In this document: piece by piece, positions 1 to 8,261 of the stretch
Position numbering within the stretch: position 1 is the first letter of the stretch
Layout of the letters: each line of letters opens with the position of its first letter
DNA from: a virus
Taxonomy: Duplodnaviria; Heunggongvirae; Uroviricota; Caudoviricetes
Length of the DNA: 16,160 nucleotides
Virus record (IMG/VR): IMGVR_UViG_2512047041_000002
Span: 1 to 16,160 of that record
Strand: one strand, 5' to 3'
Notes under the pieces: generated by a model
Seen by the model: the letters and a program-made list of their open reading frames with translations, nothing else
What the model was told of the DNA's origin: nothing
Database searches by the model: none
Program-made: the position numbers and the translations under genes

Positions 1-1284
1 TTACTTCTTCGCCTCTGCAACCACTTTGCTACCCACGCCGCGGTTATTGTATTCCCACATGCGGTTGTAGTTAGTGTCATTCAGATTGCGCTGTACTTCG
101 TCGTTATCATCAACGTTGCCAGTATTACCCGCAAACGGACGATTGGAAATCACCGCATCGGCCCACGGTTTCGCCGTGTTAAAACCTTCGTTGATGGCGC
201 TATCACGGATCACTACCTGACCGTTGGTATTGGCATCAACATCCAGCGAGCGGCCCAGTTGCGCCACGCCATCACCGGAAGCATTGAAACGGCTGTTTAC
301 GGCGAGGAAACCGTAATAGATGTTAGACAGCGTAGCCGGTGCAAACACATACGCTTCTTGCTGAGTACGTGAGTTCACCACGCGGAATTCGGTATTATCG
401 AACACCACTGCGCCGCGACCAGAAACGATATCCACATCCCCTTCAATATAGCTGTTGGTCACCAGCGTACGCGGCTGACGGTTGGTTTCCAGACGGTTCT
501 GCACACCACTGTTGGTGACAAAGAAGGTATTCTGACGACCGAGAATGTTGACGTTATTGATCTGCACTTTGTCGCCATCAGTACGCAGTGCCACCGCCGG
601 ATGGTTACCCGCATCTACGCTATCACCCAGCGTGTTTTCGATGGTCAGGTTTTGCAGTTGCAGGCCATTGTTTTGTGACCAGAAGACCGCAGAGCAGAGA
701 ACACCGATACTGTCGCTGCGTTTACTCTGGCAGCTATCGTACATATACCACGCCGGTTTACCTGGCATATATTTGCCGCGCGGGTTGACGTCGTGACGCC
801 AGTCGGCAGGGCTCATGCCACCATCAAGGGAAAGCCCAATCTTCACATCAATCGGTTTTTCACCTGTACCGTACAGAGTAATTCCACCCGGAGCGGCAGG
901 GACATACACCGTTCCCTGATACTCACCAGGCATCACGGCAATATACTGGCGCTTGTTGGTACGCTTGATAATTGCCGCATCTACCGCCGCCTGAATCGTG
1001 GTATGCGTTACACCTTGAGTACCCGCCGGGCCGACAACAAAGTCAGGTTGCGCAGGCAAGGTAATTGGGGAAGGATTCCACGCTGCAGCACCTGGCGTCA
1101 GGGACGCAAAATAGTGTTGAGCATCGAAATTCTGCGCTTCTTTTGCCGACAGAATCGGGCGAGAAGAGGTACCAGGCGCGGTTTGATCAGAAGGACGTTG
1201 ATCGGGCGGTGTTGAGCTACAGGCGGTCAGCGTCACGCCAAAAGCCAATGCCAGCGCCAGACGGGAAACTGAAAATGTGTTCAC
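1..1284 (-). CDS. ybhC: YbhC lipoprotein (pectinesterase-like / acyl-CoA thioesterase family), host gene on the gal side of attλ
   Basis: 427-aa ORF with N-terminal lipoprotein signal (LALALAFGVTLTAC|SS lipobox); I recognise the sequence as E. coli YbhC; it lies directly beside the lambda att core, as in K-12. Confidence 0.88.
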   Translation of the reverse strand: MNTFSVSRLALALAFGVTLTACSSTPPDQRPSDQTAPGTSSRPILSAKEAQNFDAQHYFASLTPGAAAWNPSPITLPAQPDFVVGPAGTQGVTHTTIQAAVDAAIIKRTNKRQYIAVMPGEYQGTVYVPAAPGGITLYGTGEKPIDVKIGLSLDGGMSPADWRHDVNPRGKYMPGKPAWYMYDSCQSKRSDSIGVLCSAVFWSQNNGLQLQNLTIENTLGDSVDAGNHPAVALRTDGDKVQINNVNILGRQNTFFVTNSGVQNRLETNRQPRTLVTNSYIEGDVDIVSGRGAVVFDNTEFRVVNSRTQQEAYVFAPATLSNIYYGFLAVNSRFNASGDGVAQLGRSLDVDANTNGQVVIRDSAINEGFNTAKPWADAVISNRPFAGNTGNVDDNDEVQRNLNDTNYNRMWEYNNRGVGSKVVAEAKK

Positions 1285-1330
1285 AGGTTGCTCCGGGCTA
1301 TGAAATAGAAAAATGAATCCGTTGAAGCCT

Positions 1331-1345
1331 GCTTTTTTATACTAA
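1331..1345. other. attL core (lambda 15-bp common core O), junction of bacterial B arm and phage P' arm
   Basis: Exact GCTTTTTTATACTAA; upstream flank gaagcct matches the attB B arm, downstream gttggcattataaaaaagcattgcttatcaatttg matches the lambda attP P' arm. Confidence 0.85.
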
Positions 1346-1425
1346 GTTGGCATTATAAAAAAGCATTGCTTATCAATTTGTTGCAACGAACAGGTCACTA
1401 TCAGTCAAAATAAAATCATTATTTG
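1346..1425. promoter_or_regulatory. attL P' arm with IHF H' site and Int arm-type sites P'1-P'3
   Basis: IHF-like tATCAAtttgTTG at 1371..1383; tandem arm-type-like decamers caGGTCACTAT (1391..1401), CAGTCAAAAT (1402..1411), AAAATCATTA (1412..1421) close to consensus C/AAGTCACTAT. Confidence 0.7.
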
Positions 1426-2489
1426 ATTTCAATTTTGTCCCACTCCCTGCCTCTGTCATCACGATACTGTGATGCCATGGTGTCCGACTTATGCCCGAGA
1501 AGATGTTGAGCAAACTTATCGCTTATCTGCTTCTCATAGAGTCTTGCAGACAAACTGCGCAACTCGTGAAAGGTAGGCGGATCCCCTTCGAAGGAAAGAC
1601 CTGATGCTTTTCGTGCGCGCATAAAATACCTTGATACTGTGCCGGATGAAAGCGGTTCACGACGAGTAGATGCAATTATGGTTTCTCCGCCAAGAATCTC
1701 TTTGCATTTATCAAGTGTTTCCTTCATTGATATCCCGAGAGCATCAACATGCAATGCTGTTGGGATGGCAATTTTTACGCCTGTTTTGCTTTGCTCGACA
1801 TAAAGATATCCATCTACGATATCAGACCACTTCATTTCGCATAAATCACCAACTCGCTGCCCGGTAACAACAGCCAGTTCCATTGCAAGTCTAAGCCAAC
1901 ATGGTGATGATTCTGCTGCTTGATAAATTTTCAGGTATTCGTCAGCCGTAAGTCTTGATCTCCTTACCTCTGATTTTGCTGCGCGAGTGGCAGCGACCGG
2001 GTTTGTTGTTATATGGCCTTCAGCTATTGCCTCTCGGAATGCATCGCTCAGTGTTGATCTGATTAACTTGGCTGACGCCGCCTTGCCCTCGTCTATGTAT
2101 CCATTGAGCATTGCTGCAATTTCTTTTGTGGTGATGTCTTCAAGTGGAGCATCAGTCAGACCCCTCCTTATTGCTTTAATTTTGCTCATGTAATTTATGA
2201 GTGTCTTCTGCTTGATTCCTCTGTTGGCGAGAATTTTTTCGTAGCGATCAAGCCATGAATGTAACGTAACAGAATTATCACTGTTGATTCTCGCTGTCAG
2301 AGGCTTGTGTTTGTGTCCTGAAAATAACTCAATGTTGGCCTGTATAGCCTCAGTGATTGCTATCCTCCTGTCTCGGCCTAATCCAAACTCTTTACCCGTC
2401 CTTGGGTCCCTGTAGCAGTAATATCCATTGTTTCTTATATAAAGATTAGGGGGTAAATCCCGGCGCTCATGACTTCGCCTTCTTCCCAT
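1419..2489 (-). CDS. int: Tyrosine integrase, lambda Int (356 aa)
   Basis: Translation MGRRRSHERRDLPPNLYIRNNGYYCYRDPRTGKEF... ends ...QYRDDRGREWDKIEIK, which I recognise as lambda Int with only a few substitutions; located next to attL and overlapping xis as in lambda. Confidence 0.95.
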   Translation of the reverse strand: MGRRRSHERRDLPPNLYIRNNGYYCYRDPRTGKEFGLGRDRRIAITEAIQANIELFSGHKHKPLTARINSDNSVTLHSWLDRYEKILANRGIKQKTLINYMSKIKAIRRGLTDAPLEDITTKEIAAMLNGYIDEGKAASAKLIRSTLSDAFREAIAEGHITTNPVAATRAAKSEVRRSRLTADEYLKIYQAAESSPCWLRLAMELAVVTGQRVGDLCEMKWSDIVDGYLYVEQSKTGVKIAIPTALHVDALGISMKETLDKCKEILGGETIIASTRREPLSSGTVSRYFMRARKASGLSFEGDPPTFHELRSLSARLYEKQISDKFAQHLLGHKSDTMASQYRDDRGREWDKIEIK

Positions 2490-2685
2490 TTCTGATCCTC
2501 TTCAAAAGGCTACCTGTTACTGGTCGATTTAAGTCAACCTTTACCGCTGATTCGTGGAACAGATACTCTCTTCCATCCTTAACCGGAGGAGGGAATATCC
2601 TGCATTCGCGCACCCATCGACGAACTGTTTCAAGGCTTCTTGGGCGTCGCTGGCGTGCGTTCCACTCCTGAAGTGTCAAGTACAT
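2467..2685 (-). CDS. xis: Excisionase Xis (72 aa)
   Basis: Internal ATG at 2683..2685 gives MYLTLQEWNARQRRPRSLETVRRWVRECRIFPPPVKDGREYLFHESAVKVDLNRPVTGSLLKRIRNGKKAKS, matching lambda Xis as I recall it; the 102-aa ORF in the track is an upstream extension. Confidence 0.92.
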   Translation of the reverse strand: MYLTLQEWNARQRRPRSLETVRRWVRECRIFPPPVKDGREYLFHESAVKVDLNRPVTGSLLKRIRNGKKAKS

Positions 2686-2802
2686 CGCAAAGTCTCCGCA
2701 ATTACACGCAAGAAAAAGCCGCATTGATGCGGCGATGGTAGGTCTGGATATCATTGAGCAATGAACAGGCCTCATCGAGTGTGAGGCGGTGTTATTTCAT
2801 GG

Positions 2803-3147
2803 TTAGTCCTTGCGTAGCTCGCTGATTCTTCTGTAAGTCTCTGGTGCTTTGTTTCCGTGTATCTTCATTTCAAACTTCAACAGAGCAACGAGAGAATCCC
2901 ATTCGTTGAGGATGCCTTTGAATGCCGGAACGCGCTTTGCAACCTTGTCGAATGAATCTCTGATTTCTGGAATCTGCTCAACAAGTGCAACGCATCGCCG
3001 GAAGTCTGCTGCGTCATGTGGAGCGCCGAAGTGATGACCATAGATATTTTTTTTCAGTCCACATGCGATTGAGGCAAGAGTTGCGCTACTGATGCCGACA
3101 TCGCCAGTTGATTGCCATTTCAAAACCTTCATAGCCAAATCTGACAT
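2803..3147 (-). CDS. Hypothetical phage early-left protein (114 aa)
   Basis: ATG at 3145..3147 preceded by GGAGA Shine-Dalgarno; ORF MSDLAMKVLKWQSTGDVG...; no motif recognised. Track start at 3174 lacks an RBS. Confidence 0.6.
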   Translation of the reverse strand: MSDLAMKVLKWQSTGDVGISSATLASIACGLKKNIYGHHFGAPHDAADFRRCVALVEQIPEIRDSFDKVAKRVPAFKGILNEWDSLVALLKFEMKIHGNKAPETYRRISELRKD

Positions 3148-3173
3148 TTCTTGTCTCCAATAAAAAACCGCCA

Positions 3174-3341
3174 TCAGGCGTCTTGGTGTTCTTTCAGTTC
3201 TTCAATTCGAATATTGGTTACGTCTGCATGCGCTATCTGCGCCCATATCATCCAGTGGTTATAGCAGTCGTTGATGTCCTCTGCTTCGATAACCCTGTCG
3301 AATGGCTCTCCATTCCATTCACCTGTGACTCGGAAGTGCAT
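3174..3341 (-). CDS. Small hypothetical protein (55 aa), not in ORF track
   Basis: Hand translation of minus strand: MHFRVTGEWNGEPFDRVIEAEDINDCYNHWMIWAQIAHADVTNIRIEELKEHQDA*; GGAG Shine-Dalgarno 7 nt upstream; hydrophilic, protein-like composition, unlike the overlapping 61-aa track ORF. Confidence 0.45.
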   Translation of the reverse strand: MHFRVTGEWNGEPFDRVIEAEDINDCYNHWMIWAQIAHADVTNIRIEELKEHQDA

Positions 3342-3441
3342 TTATCATCTCCATAAAACAAAACTCGCCGTAGCGAGTTCAGATAAAAGAAATCCCCGCG
3401 AGTGCGAGGATTGTTATTCACCTTTGACGGCAAGTTGCAGG

Positions 3442-3969
3442 TTAGCCACGGTTAACCTCCTGCGGCGGTTCTGGCAGCGGCATCCAGTGGGTTACGTCAT
3501 CCAAGATATTTCCTGATAAATATGTGAAAGCTCTATATTTTTTGTAATCAATTGGACTCATTACCCAGTTCCAATATGCTGCCACTATTTGACCTTGACT
3601 AAATGCCAGTAACATTTTGGTGTCGTCCGGCATTCGCTCACTACAGCTTATCCAACCATCCGGAGTTACCGGCACTGGCTGAGCGGTATAAAGCGGTGTT
3701 ATATCTGCCCGAAAATTACATGCTTTATGCAGCCGCACCCCCCGTTCGACTTCTGCTTTGTCAGGATACATACCAGTGAACGTGTTATATTCACGGTCAA
3801 TTTGCGTGAAGGTTACCTTCCACGCCACCGGCTCTGCCTCAAGCGATGCCAGAGCAATTCGTGCCAGTTCTTCCGCTTCTTCTGCTGGCAGTACAACGTT
3901 GCTACCAGGTCTGTATGTTTCGCGCCACTGCTTGATTGTCAGCAGTCGCTCTTTGGTAATAGTGGTCAT
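3442..3969 (-). CDS. DUF551-like phage protein (175 aa)
   Basis: C-terminal PDGWISCSERMPDD...THWMPLPEPP signature that I associate with DUF551 phage proteins; ATG overlaps upstream stop (ATGA). Confidence 0.6.
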   Translation of the reverse strand: MTTITKERLLTIKQWRETYRPGSNVVLPAEEAEELARIALASLEAEPVAWKVTFTQIDREYNTFTGMYPDKAEVERGVRLHKACNFRADITPLYTAQPVPVTPDGWISCSERMPDDTKMLLAFSQGQIVAAYWNWVMSPIDYKKYRAFTYLSGNILDDVTHWMPLPEPPQEVNRG

Positions 3970-4481
3970 GCCGCGTTTCCTTCTTTCTTATTAACAATTA
4001 CACCGTCATATATTTCATTAAGGTGCCCTCTCAACTCCATGCGCCTTAATGCAGATAACATGTAATCGCATTCAACCTGCTTATTTCCAGTAAATGGCTT
4101 ATCGTCAGGATTACCCCAACAGCAATTACCCTTGGGCCATCCATGTACTTTCCGTACTCTTCCGTTAACAACGTGAAGTAATCCCCAGCCGGGAGGTAAA
4201 TCCTCAACTGAAATAATTTCCGGCTCACTAATAAAGAATCGCCAGTCGCCCATGCCAAGTGAGGGATTTTTACGGAAACGCTTTTTTCTATCTGCCAACA
4301 AGTCAGCACGAGAACACTTCGCCTCTATCAGGCATGATGCTGAATTTCTGAATCCCATAGCATCTGGCTGTTCTCCGGTACTGGTTACAGCTATAAAGCG
4401 GTCATGAAAACAGACCTTGAACCCGTTGCGCTTAAGGAACTTGTGCGCAATCTGACAGAGTTCGCTGTGTGTTAACGCCAT
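3966..4481 (-). CDS. Putative PD-(D/E)xK nuclease-fold protein (171 aa)
   Basis: Start MALTHSELCQ at 4479..4481 with AAGGAGAG Shine-Dalgarno; motif GEQPDAMGF ... CLIEAKCS resembles the PD...(D/E)xK signature; Cys-rich C-terminal region. Fold assignment is by motif only. Confidence 0.45.
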   Translation of the reverse strand: MALTHSELCQIAHKFLKRNGFKVCFHDRFIAVTSTGEQPDAMGFRNSASCLIEAKCSRADLLADRKKRFRKNPSLGMGDWRFFISEPEIISVEDLPPGWGLLHVVNGRVRKVHGWPKGNCCWGNPDDKPFTGNKQVECDYMLSALRRMELRGHLNEIYDGVIVNKKEGNAA

Positions 4482-4482
4482 A

Positions 4483-5076
4483 TCACTCTCCTTTGATGCG
4501 AATGCCAGCGGCACGGGAATCATTCCATCGCTTTACTTCTTCACGAATTACGTCAATGCATTCTTTCGAATCCATTAGGTAATCTTCATCAAAAAGACGT
4601 TCCTGTTCGTTTTCTATCGCAACAATGATTGCTTCAACTAACTTTTGTACCTGAGAACCACTTTCTAACTCTGCTATGCGCTTACTCCCATCCGAGATAA
4701 CGCCCTCGTAATACTCACGCTGCTCGTTGAGTTTTGATTTTGCCAACTCCAGTTGTTTTGTTAGTTCCGCAATACGGCAAACATCGTTGATACGCGTTTC
4801 CTCTAATGCGTTGATCTCATCCAACAATGCCAGCGCAACATTTGGATTAAAAGCAGCAATAAATTCAGCGTTTGCATAAGCCTGAACATCTGTTTCAACC
4901 AGGCAGTTAACATGACATTCTGCAATCACGCCACCGGGTTCTCCTTTCCATTTTTGGCAAACAAAAACTCCTGTTAAATTGCCGTGCTGGTTAACAGATG
5001 TATGCCCTACGATGTAGCTCCCTTTCGTTGCCTTTTCTGCCGCATCACGCAGTGCCTGATAATTAATTTCGCTCAC
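4483..5076 (-). CDS. Ead/Ea22-like early protein (197 aa, GTG start)
   Basis: GTG at 5074..5076 with GGAGGA Shine-Dalgarno, overlapping upstream stop (GTGA); MSEIN... N-terminus and ...AGIRIKGE C-terminus resemble Ea22-family proteins as I recall them. Confidence 0.55.
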   Translation of the reverse strand: MSEINYQALRDAAEKATKGSYIVGHTSVNQHGNLTGVFVCQKWKGEPGGVIAECHVNCLVETDVQAYANAEFIAAFNPNVALALLDEINALEETRINDVCRIAELTKQLELAKSKLNEQREYYEGVISDGSKRIAELESGSQVQKLVEAIIVAIENEQERLFDEDYLMDSKECIDVIREEVKRWNDSRAAGIRIKGE

Positions 5077-5297
5077 TCTTCATCCTCCAAGTCGGCAACG
5101 GCGTCCATCACATCAGAACCGCGAATAACCTCAAAAGCACGGCAGGCCATTTGAAATACCAGTTGCTCTTGCGGGTGAGGAGACTCCCAATATTTGAAGC
5201 CTGGGCGATGCGTGTACCCCATCATTGAATAAAAATCACCAGCAAGCTTAATCGCGGCATCGACAAGCTCTCTGTTAGTCATTCTTTTTCCGCTCAC
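5073..5297 (-). CDS. Hypothetical protein (74 aa, GTG start)
   Basis: GTG at 5295..5297 preceded by AAGGAGG; translationally coupled to both neighbours (4-nt overlaps). Confidence 0.5.
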   Translation of the reverse strand: MSGKRMTNRELVDAAIKLAGDFYSMMGYTHRPGFKYWESPHPQEQLVFQMACRAFEVIRGSDVMDAVADLEDEE

Positions 5298-5713
5298 TGG
5301 TTGCCTCCTTTGCGAAGCTGGGCGGCTAACTCATCACATATGTGCGTCAAAGAACAAAGTTTGATTGATGGATGTTCGCGCATCATCTCTACTCCCTGCG
5401 CCCGCACTTCAGACAGGAAAGCATCGGTGGCTGGCATATTTCCTGTTGCCTTCATTGCCTCCAAAATAACCAGAACGCCATCTCGCCCAACCACCTCAGC
5501 GATAACCTCGGTGTTGTCGCCAACAACATCGCAGAATGCCTGAACTGCCTTACGAGCCAGCGCACTCTCCGCCGCCAGCGCCGCGCACTTGGCCTCCGCT
5601 TCAGCAAATTTACGCACCAGATATTCAGCGTTTGTTTCGTTAACCTTTAAATCGCTTGGGATGCATTTACCTTTCAGGAATCCATCCATCTCAATTAGTG
5701 ACATTTGTTTCAT
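5294..5713 (-). CDS. Hypothetical protein (139 aa)
   Basis: ATG at 5711..5713 overlaps upstream stop (ATGA); part of a chain of coupled ORFs; no motif recognised. Confidence 0.55.
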   Translation of the reverse strand: MKQMSLIEMDGFLKGKCIPSDLKVNETNAEYLVRKFAEAEAKCAALAAESALARKAVQAFCDVVGDNTEVIAEVVGRDGVLVILEAMKATGNMPATDAFLSEVRAQGVEMMREHPSIKLCSLTHICDELAAQLRKGGNQ

Positions 5714-5874
5714 TTCTTCCCACTCCGCAACATCGCATTCAGATATTTGTTTTGATTCACTGACGGAAAAGAATTTCTCTTTAGCAATTCCTCTCTCGAT
5801 GGCATTGGCTTTACGCGCTGGCGAATAATCATTTCTGCCGGAAGAATGCCGGGGTTGTATGCAAGTCCTCTCAT
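5710..5874 (-). CDS. Small hypothetical protein (54 aa)
   Basis: ATG at 5872..5874 preceded by GAGGA that overlaps the TGA stop of the upstream gene; the longer 101-aa track ORF overlaps the 5885..6181 gene and lacks an RBS. Confidence 0.4.
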   Translation of the reverse strand: MRGLAYNPGILPAEMIIRQRVKPMPSREELLKRNSFPSVNQNKYLNAMLRSGKK

Positions 5875-5884
5875 GGTAAATTCC

Positions 5885-6181
5885 TCAGTCATTACTGATA
5901 GCGCCATAGCGTGATCGATAATTACGCAGCCGCGGGTCGATATATTCAGGGAAGTGGGTATATGTGGCTTTGCGGAATGGTCGGATTGATGTTTCGTTTG
6001 TTCGGTCCTTCTCATTTTTTAACGCGAGTTGTATATCGCGTCGGTACATCCGTTCTGCTTTTGTTTCTGGTGGCAGATCGATAAACGTGTCGAAAATGTT
6101 TTTGATATTTTCCAGCACCTCCGCCTTGGAGCTACCGGAGCAATTGCGCGGGTCATCCGCACCATACAGAGGCGCTGGCAT
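5885..6181 (-). CDS. Hypothetical protein (98 aa)
   Basis: ATG at 6179..6181, weak AAGG Shine-Dalgarno; fits the operon spacing. Confidence 0.5.
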   Translation of the reverse strand: MPAPLYGADDPRNCSGSSKAEVLENIKNIFDTFIDLPPETKAERMYRRDIQLALKNEKDRTNETSIRPFRKATYTHFPEYIDPRLRNYRSRYGAISND

Positions 6182-6204
6182 AATGGGAGCCTTATTTTCA
6201 GTAA

Positions 6205-6792
6205 TCAGAAAGCAGGGTAATCGTTCTTGCTGTAACCATAATCATCTGCATGATTCTGGCTTACGTTTTTAGAGCGATTGTCTTTATCTTTGAGATTGGC
6301 AACCATGTTGGCGATAGTTTCTGGTTGCTTGCCTTCTGCCTTTTCTTTAAGGGTTTGACCTGTTTGTGCAATAAACGGGATGCGTATTTCCATCTGGTAG
6401 TTGTCTGCGCCAGTCTTTTTGTTTGTGGTTAATACTTTCTGGAGCACTAACCCGATTTTCTTTCCATGAAATTCAGGTGCAACAAATTTACTGGCGGAAA
6501 CCATATGCTGCGTTAATTGTCCAATCCCGGCACACCCCATCATGGCGTGAACGACATTTGCGCCAAATTTGTTTTCCGTTCCGTCATTTTTCTGAACACA
6601 GACGCTAAGATATTGGATTTTACGTCCGTCGTCGGATTCTCCAGAAAACTCAATAAATTTGGCTCCTTTTTCTGATTGCTTTAGTTCTGCTTCAGTAATG
6701 GTAATGATATGGGCGCCAGTTTCGTTAATAAAACCACCTTGCCCTGCGGTCAGTGCTGCTTCTTCGTTATAAGTAAAAATCACGTTGCTCAT
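6205..6792 (-). CDS. Sak4-partner protein (195 aa), possibly ssDNA-binding (DUF669-like); not a canonical SSB
   Basis: Directly downstream of and overlapping (ATGA) the Sak4-like ATPase gene; Lys-rich acidic C-terminal tail ending DYPAF; the family name is from memory and uncertain. Confidence 0.5.
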   Translation of the reverse strand: MSNVIFTYNEEAALTAGQGGFINETGAHIITITEAELKQSEKGAKFIEFSGESDDGRKIQYLSVCVQKNDGTENKFGANVVHAMMGCAGIGQLTQHMVSASKFVAPEFHGKKIGLVLQKVLTTNKKTGADNYQMEIRIPFIAQTGQTLKEKAEGKQPETIANMVANLKDKDNRSKNVSQNHADDYGYSKNDYPAF

Positions 6793-7469
6793 GCGGCGTT
6801 TTCCTTAATTTGATGAACATTATTGATGCCGTAGTAATCACAAACAGTGGCATCGACGAAAGAGAGATCGTTATCAATCTCATTGGAATCAAACATTCCC
6901 ATTGGGGATTTGACAGTGTCTGCACCGTTGTTTTTCGTGGTGAAAAAGAACTGGTCATCGCGGGTAAGAGTGCGAAGAACTATAGTAAACATGCCTTCGA
7001 CAGTGATTTTCTCGTCCAGCATTTTGCCGATAGTTTTCATTTTCACGCGCCCCATAGGGGTTTCTTCGGTATGTGCAAGAAAATAGACTCTCAGGTCATC
7101 AGGTGCATCCTGTGCAGCCTTAATCACCTCCCATGCGTGGCGGCCTATCTCAGTAAATTTATCAAACGATTTTTCTTCTGAGCGGCGCATAAACTCATTG
7201 CTCATCACATACTGGAAGTCATCAACAATAACGATTCTTTTTCCGTATTCGTGAGCACGCTTAATTACAGCAACTATTACGTCCCATTTGTCAGTGGTAA
7301 CTACGGTTCCTTTTTTTGCTCTGGCATCCCATGCAAGCCAGTCTTTTGATTTAAATGGTAGCGGCTTGCCTATTGGTTTTATAAGTATTGCTTCCTCTGG
7401 ATTGATATTTCTCATGCTGGTTGATTTTCCGGTGCCAGATTCACCGAGTATTAATGTCGCAGTTCCCAT
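6789..7469 (-). CDS. Sak4-type RecA-like core ATPase (226 aa), phage recombination/annealing protein
   Basis: Walker A GESGTGKST near N-terminus, Walker B-like RIVIVDDF, and a size typical of Sak4; occupies the position of lambda Red genes. Confidence 0.7.
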   Translation of the reverse strand: MGTATLILGESGTGKSTSMRNINPEEAILIKPIGKPLPFKSKDWLAWDARAKKGTVVTTDKWDVIVAVIKRAHEYGKRIVIVDDFQYVMSNEFMRRSEEKSFDKFTEIGRHAWEVIKAAQDAPDDLRVYFLAHTEETPMGRVKMKTIGKMLDEKITVEGMFTIVLRTLTRDDQFFFTTKNNGADTVKSPMGMFDSNEIDNDLSFVDATVCDYYGINNVHQIKENAA

Positions 7470-7477
7470 AATTTGCC

Positions 7478-7666
7478 TCAGAATGGTAATTCGGATGGGC
7501 AGGAAAGAAATTCGCGCTCATTCATGCGCTCTCTTTGCGCCTGCCATAAACAAAGTTGTTTCTTTGATTTATCTCCCGCTTTACGCCAGTAACGAGCCTC
7601 AGCAATGTGATATTCTCTTTTTAATCGACTTAACTCTGGAGTTTTCGCCAGTTCTACCGGAATCAT
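7478..7666 (-). CDS. Hypothetical protein (62 aa)
   Basis: ATG at 7664..7666 with GGAGG Shine-Dalgarno, overlapping the Kil-like stop (ATGA); basic, Arg/Lys-rich. Confidence 0.5.
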   Translation of the reverse strand: MIPVELAKTPELSRLKREYHIAEARYWRKAGDKSKKQLCLWQAQRERMNEREFLSCPSELPF

Positions 7667-7776
7667 TTTGACCTCCATTTTCTGTAGGCTTCTACGGCTT
7701 CACGAAACATCTTTTCATCGCCAATAAAAGTGGCGATAGTGAATTTAGTCTGGATAGCCATAAGTGTTTTATCCAT
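7663..7776 (-). CDS. Kil-like small protein (37 aa)
   Basis: MDKTLMAIQTKFTIATFIGDEKMFREAVEAYRKWRSK resembles lambda Kil as I recall it; position immediately downstream of cIII, overlapping its 3' end, matches lambda gene order. Confidence 0.5.
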   Translation of the reverse strand: MDKTLMAIQTKFTIATFIGDEKMFREAVEAYRKWRSK

Positions 7777-7909
7777 TTTTGGGAACTCCTGGCTGATTAA
7801 GTATGTCGATAAGGCGTTTCCATCCATCACGTAATTTACGTGTGATTCGTTCAAGTAAAGATTCGGAAGGGCAGCCAGCAACAGGCCACCCTGCAATGGC
7901 ATATTGCAT
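7769..7909 (-). CDS. cIII: CIII (46 aa; shorter than the 54-aa lambda protein)
   Basis: ATG at 7907..7909 with AGGAG Shine-Dalgarno; MQYAIAGWPVAGCPSESLLERITRKLRDGWKRLIDILNQPGVPKNG* matches lambda CIII as I recall it up to PKNG, then stops. Confidence 0.85.
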   Translation of the reverse strand: MQYAIAGWPVAGCPSESLLERITRKLRDGWKRLIDILNQPGVPKNG

Positions 7910-7970
7910 GGTGTGCTCCTTATTTATACATAACGAAAAACGCCTCGAGTGAAGCGTTATTGGTATGCAT

Positions 7971-7996
7971 ATAAAAAGGCCCTCACACTGGAGGGC
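7971..7996 (-). terminator. Intrinsic terminator-like hairpin upstream of cIII (tL1-like position)
   Basis: On the minus strand GCCCTC-cagtgt-GAGGGC (6-bp GC stem) followed by CTTTTTAT. Confidence 0.5.
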
Positions 7997-8261
7997 AAAG
8001 AAGATTTCCAATAATCAGAACAAGTCGGCTCCTGTTTAGTTACGAGCGACATTGCTCCGTGTATTCACTCGTTGGAATGAATACACAGTGCTTCTCTGTG
8101 CTAAATAATTAAATCATATTCTGATTTGGTTAGTTTATACGCACCTCCTCTGGTGTAATATGCAAATCTGTCTTTGCTTCCATCAGAATTGTATACCCAC
8201 CCACCAAATGGAAAGATAGTGAACCGCCCCGGGTTTCCTGGAGAGTGTTTTATCTGTGAAC

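Noticed and set aside
545-1316. Plus-strand ORFs (83, 66, 140, 83 aa) inside and antisense to ybhC
   Set aside because: They lie entirely within the well-supported ybhC coding region on the opposite strand, lack RBS and have low-complexity, Arg/Cys-rich translations typical of antisense frames.
2467-2775. 102-aa ORF extending xis upstream
   Set aside because: The recognisable Xis sequence starts at the internal ATG (2683..2685); the extension has no RBS and reads like junk.
3248-3433. 61-aa minus-strand ORF in the ORF track
   Set aside because: Low-complexity translation without RBS; the overlapping 55-aa ORF in another frame (3174..3341) has a strong Shine-Dalgarno and protein-like composition.
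5710-6015. 101-aa version of the ORF overlapping the 5885..6181 gene
   Set aside because: Its 5' two-thirds overlaps the better-supported 98-aa gene in another frame; only the distal 54 codons with their own RBS were kept.
7979-8050. Possible nutL (boxA CGCTCGTAA plus boxB-like hairpin GCCCTC..GAGGGC)
   Set aside because: The boxA-like nonamer and the hairpin are about 50 nt apart instead of about 8, and the hairpin loop is not the GAAAA-type pentaloop; no N gene is present. The hairpin is better explained as a terminator.
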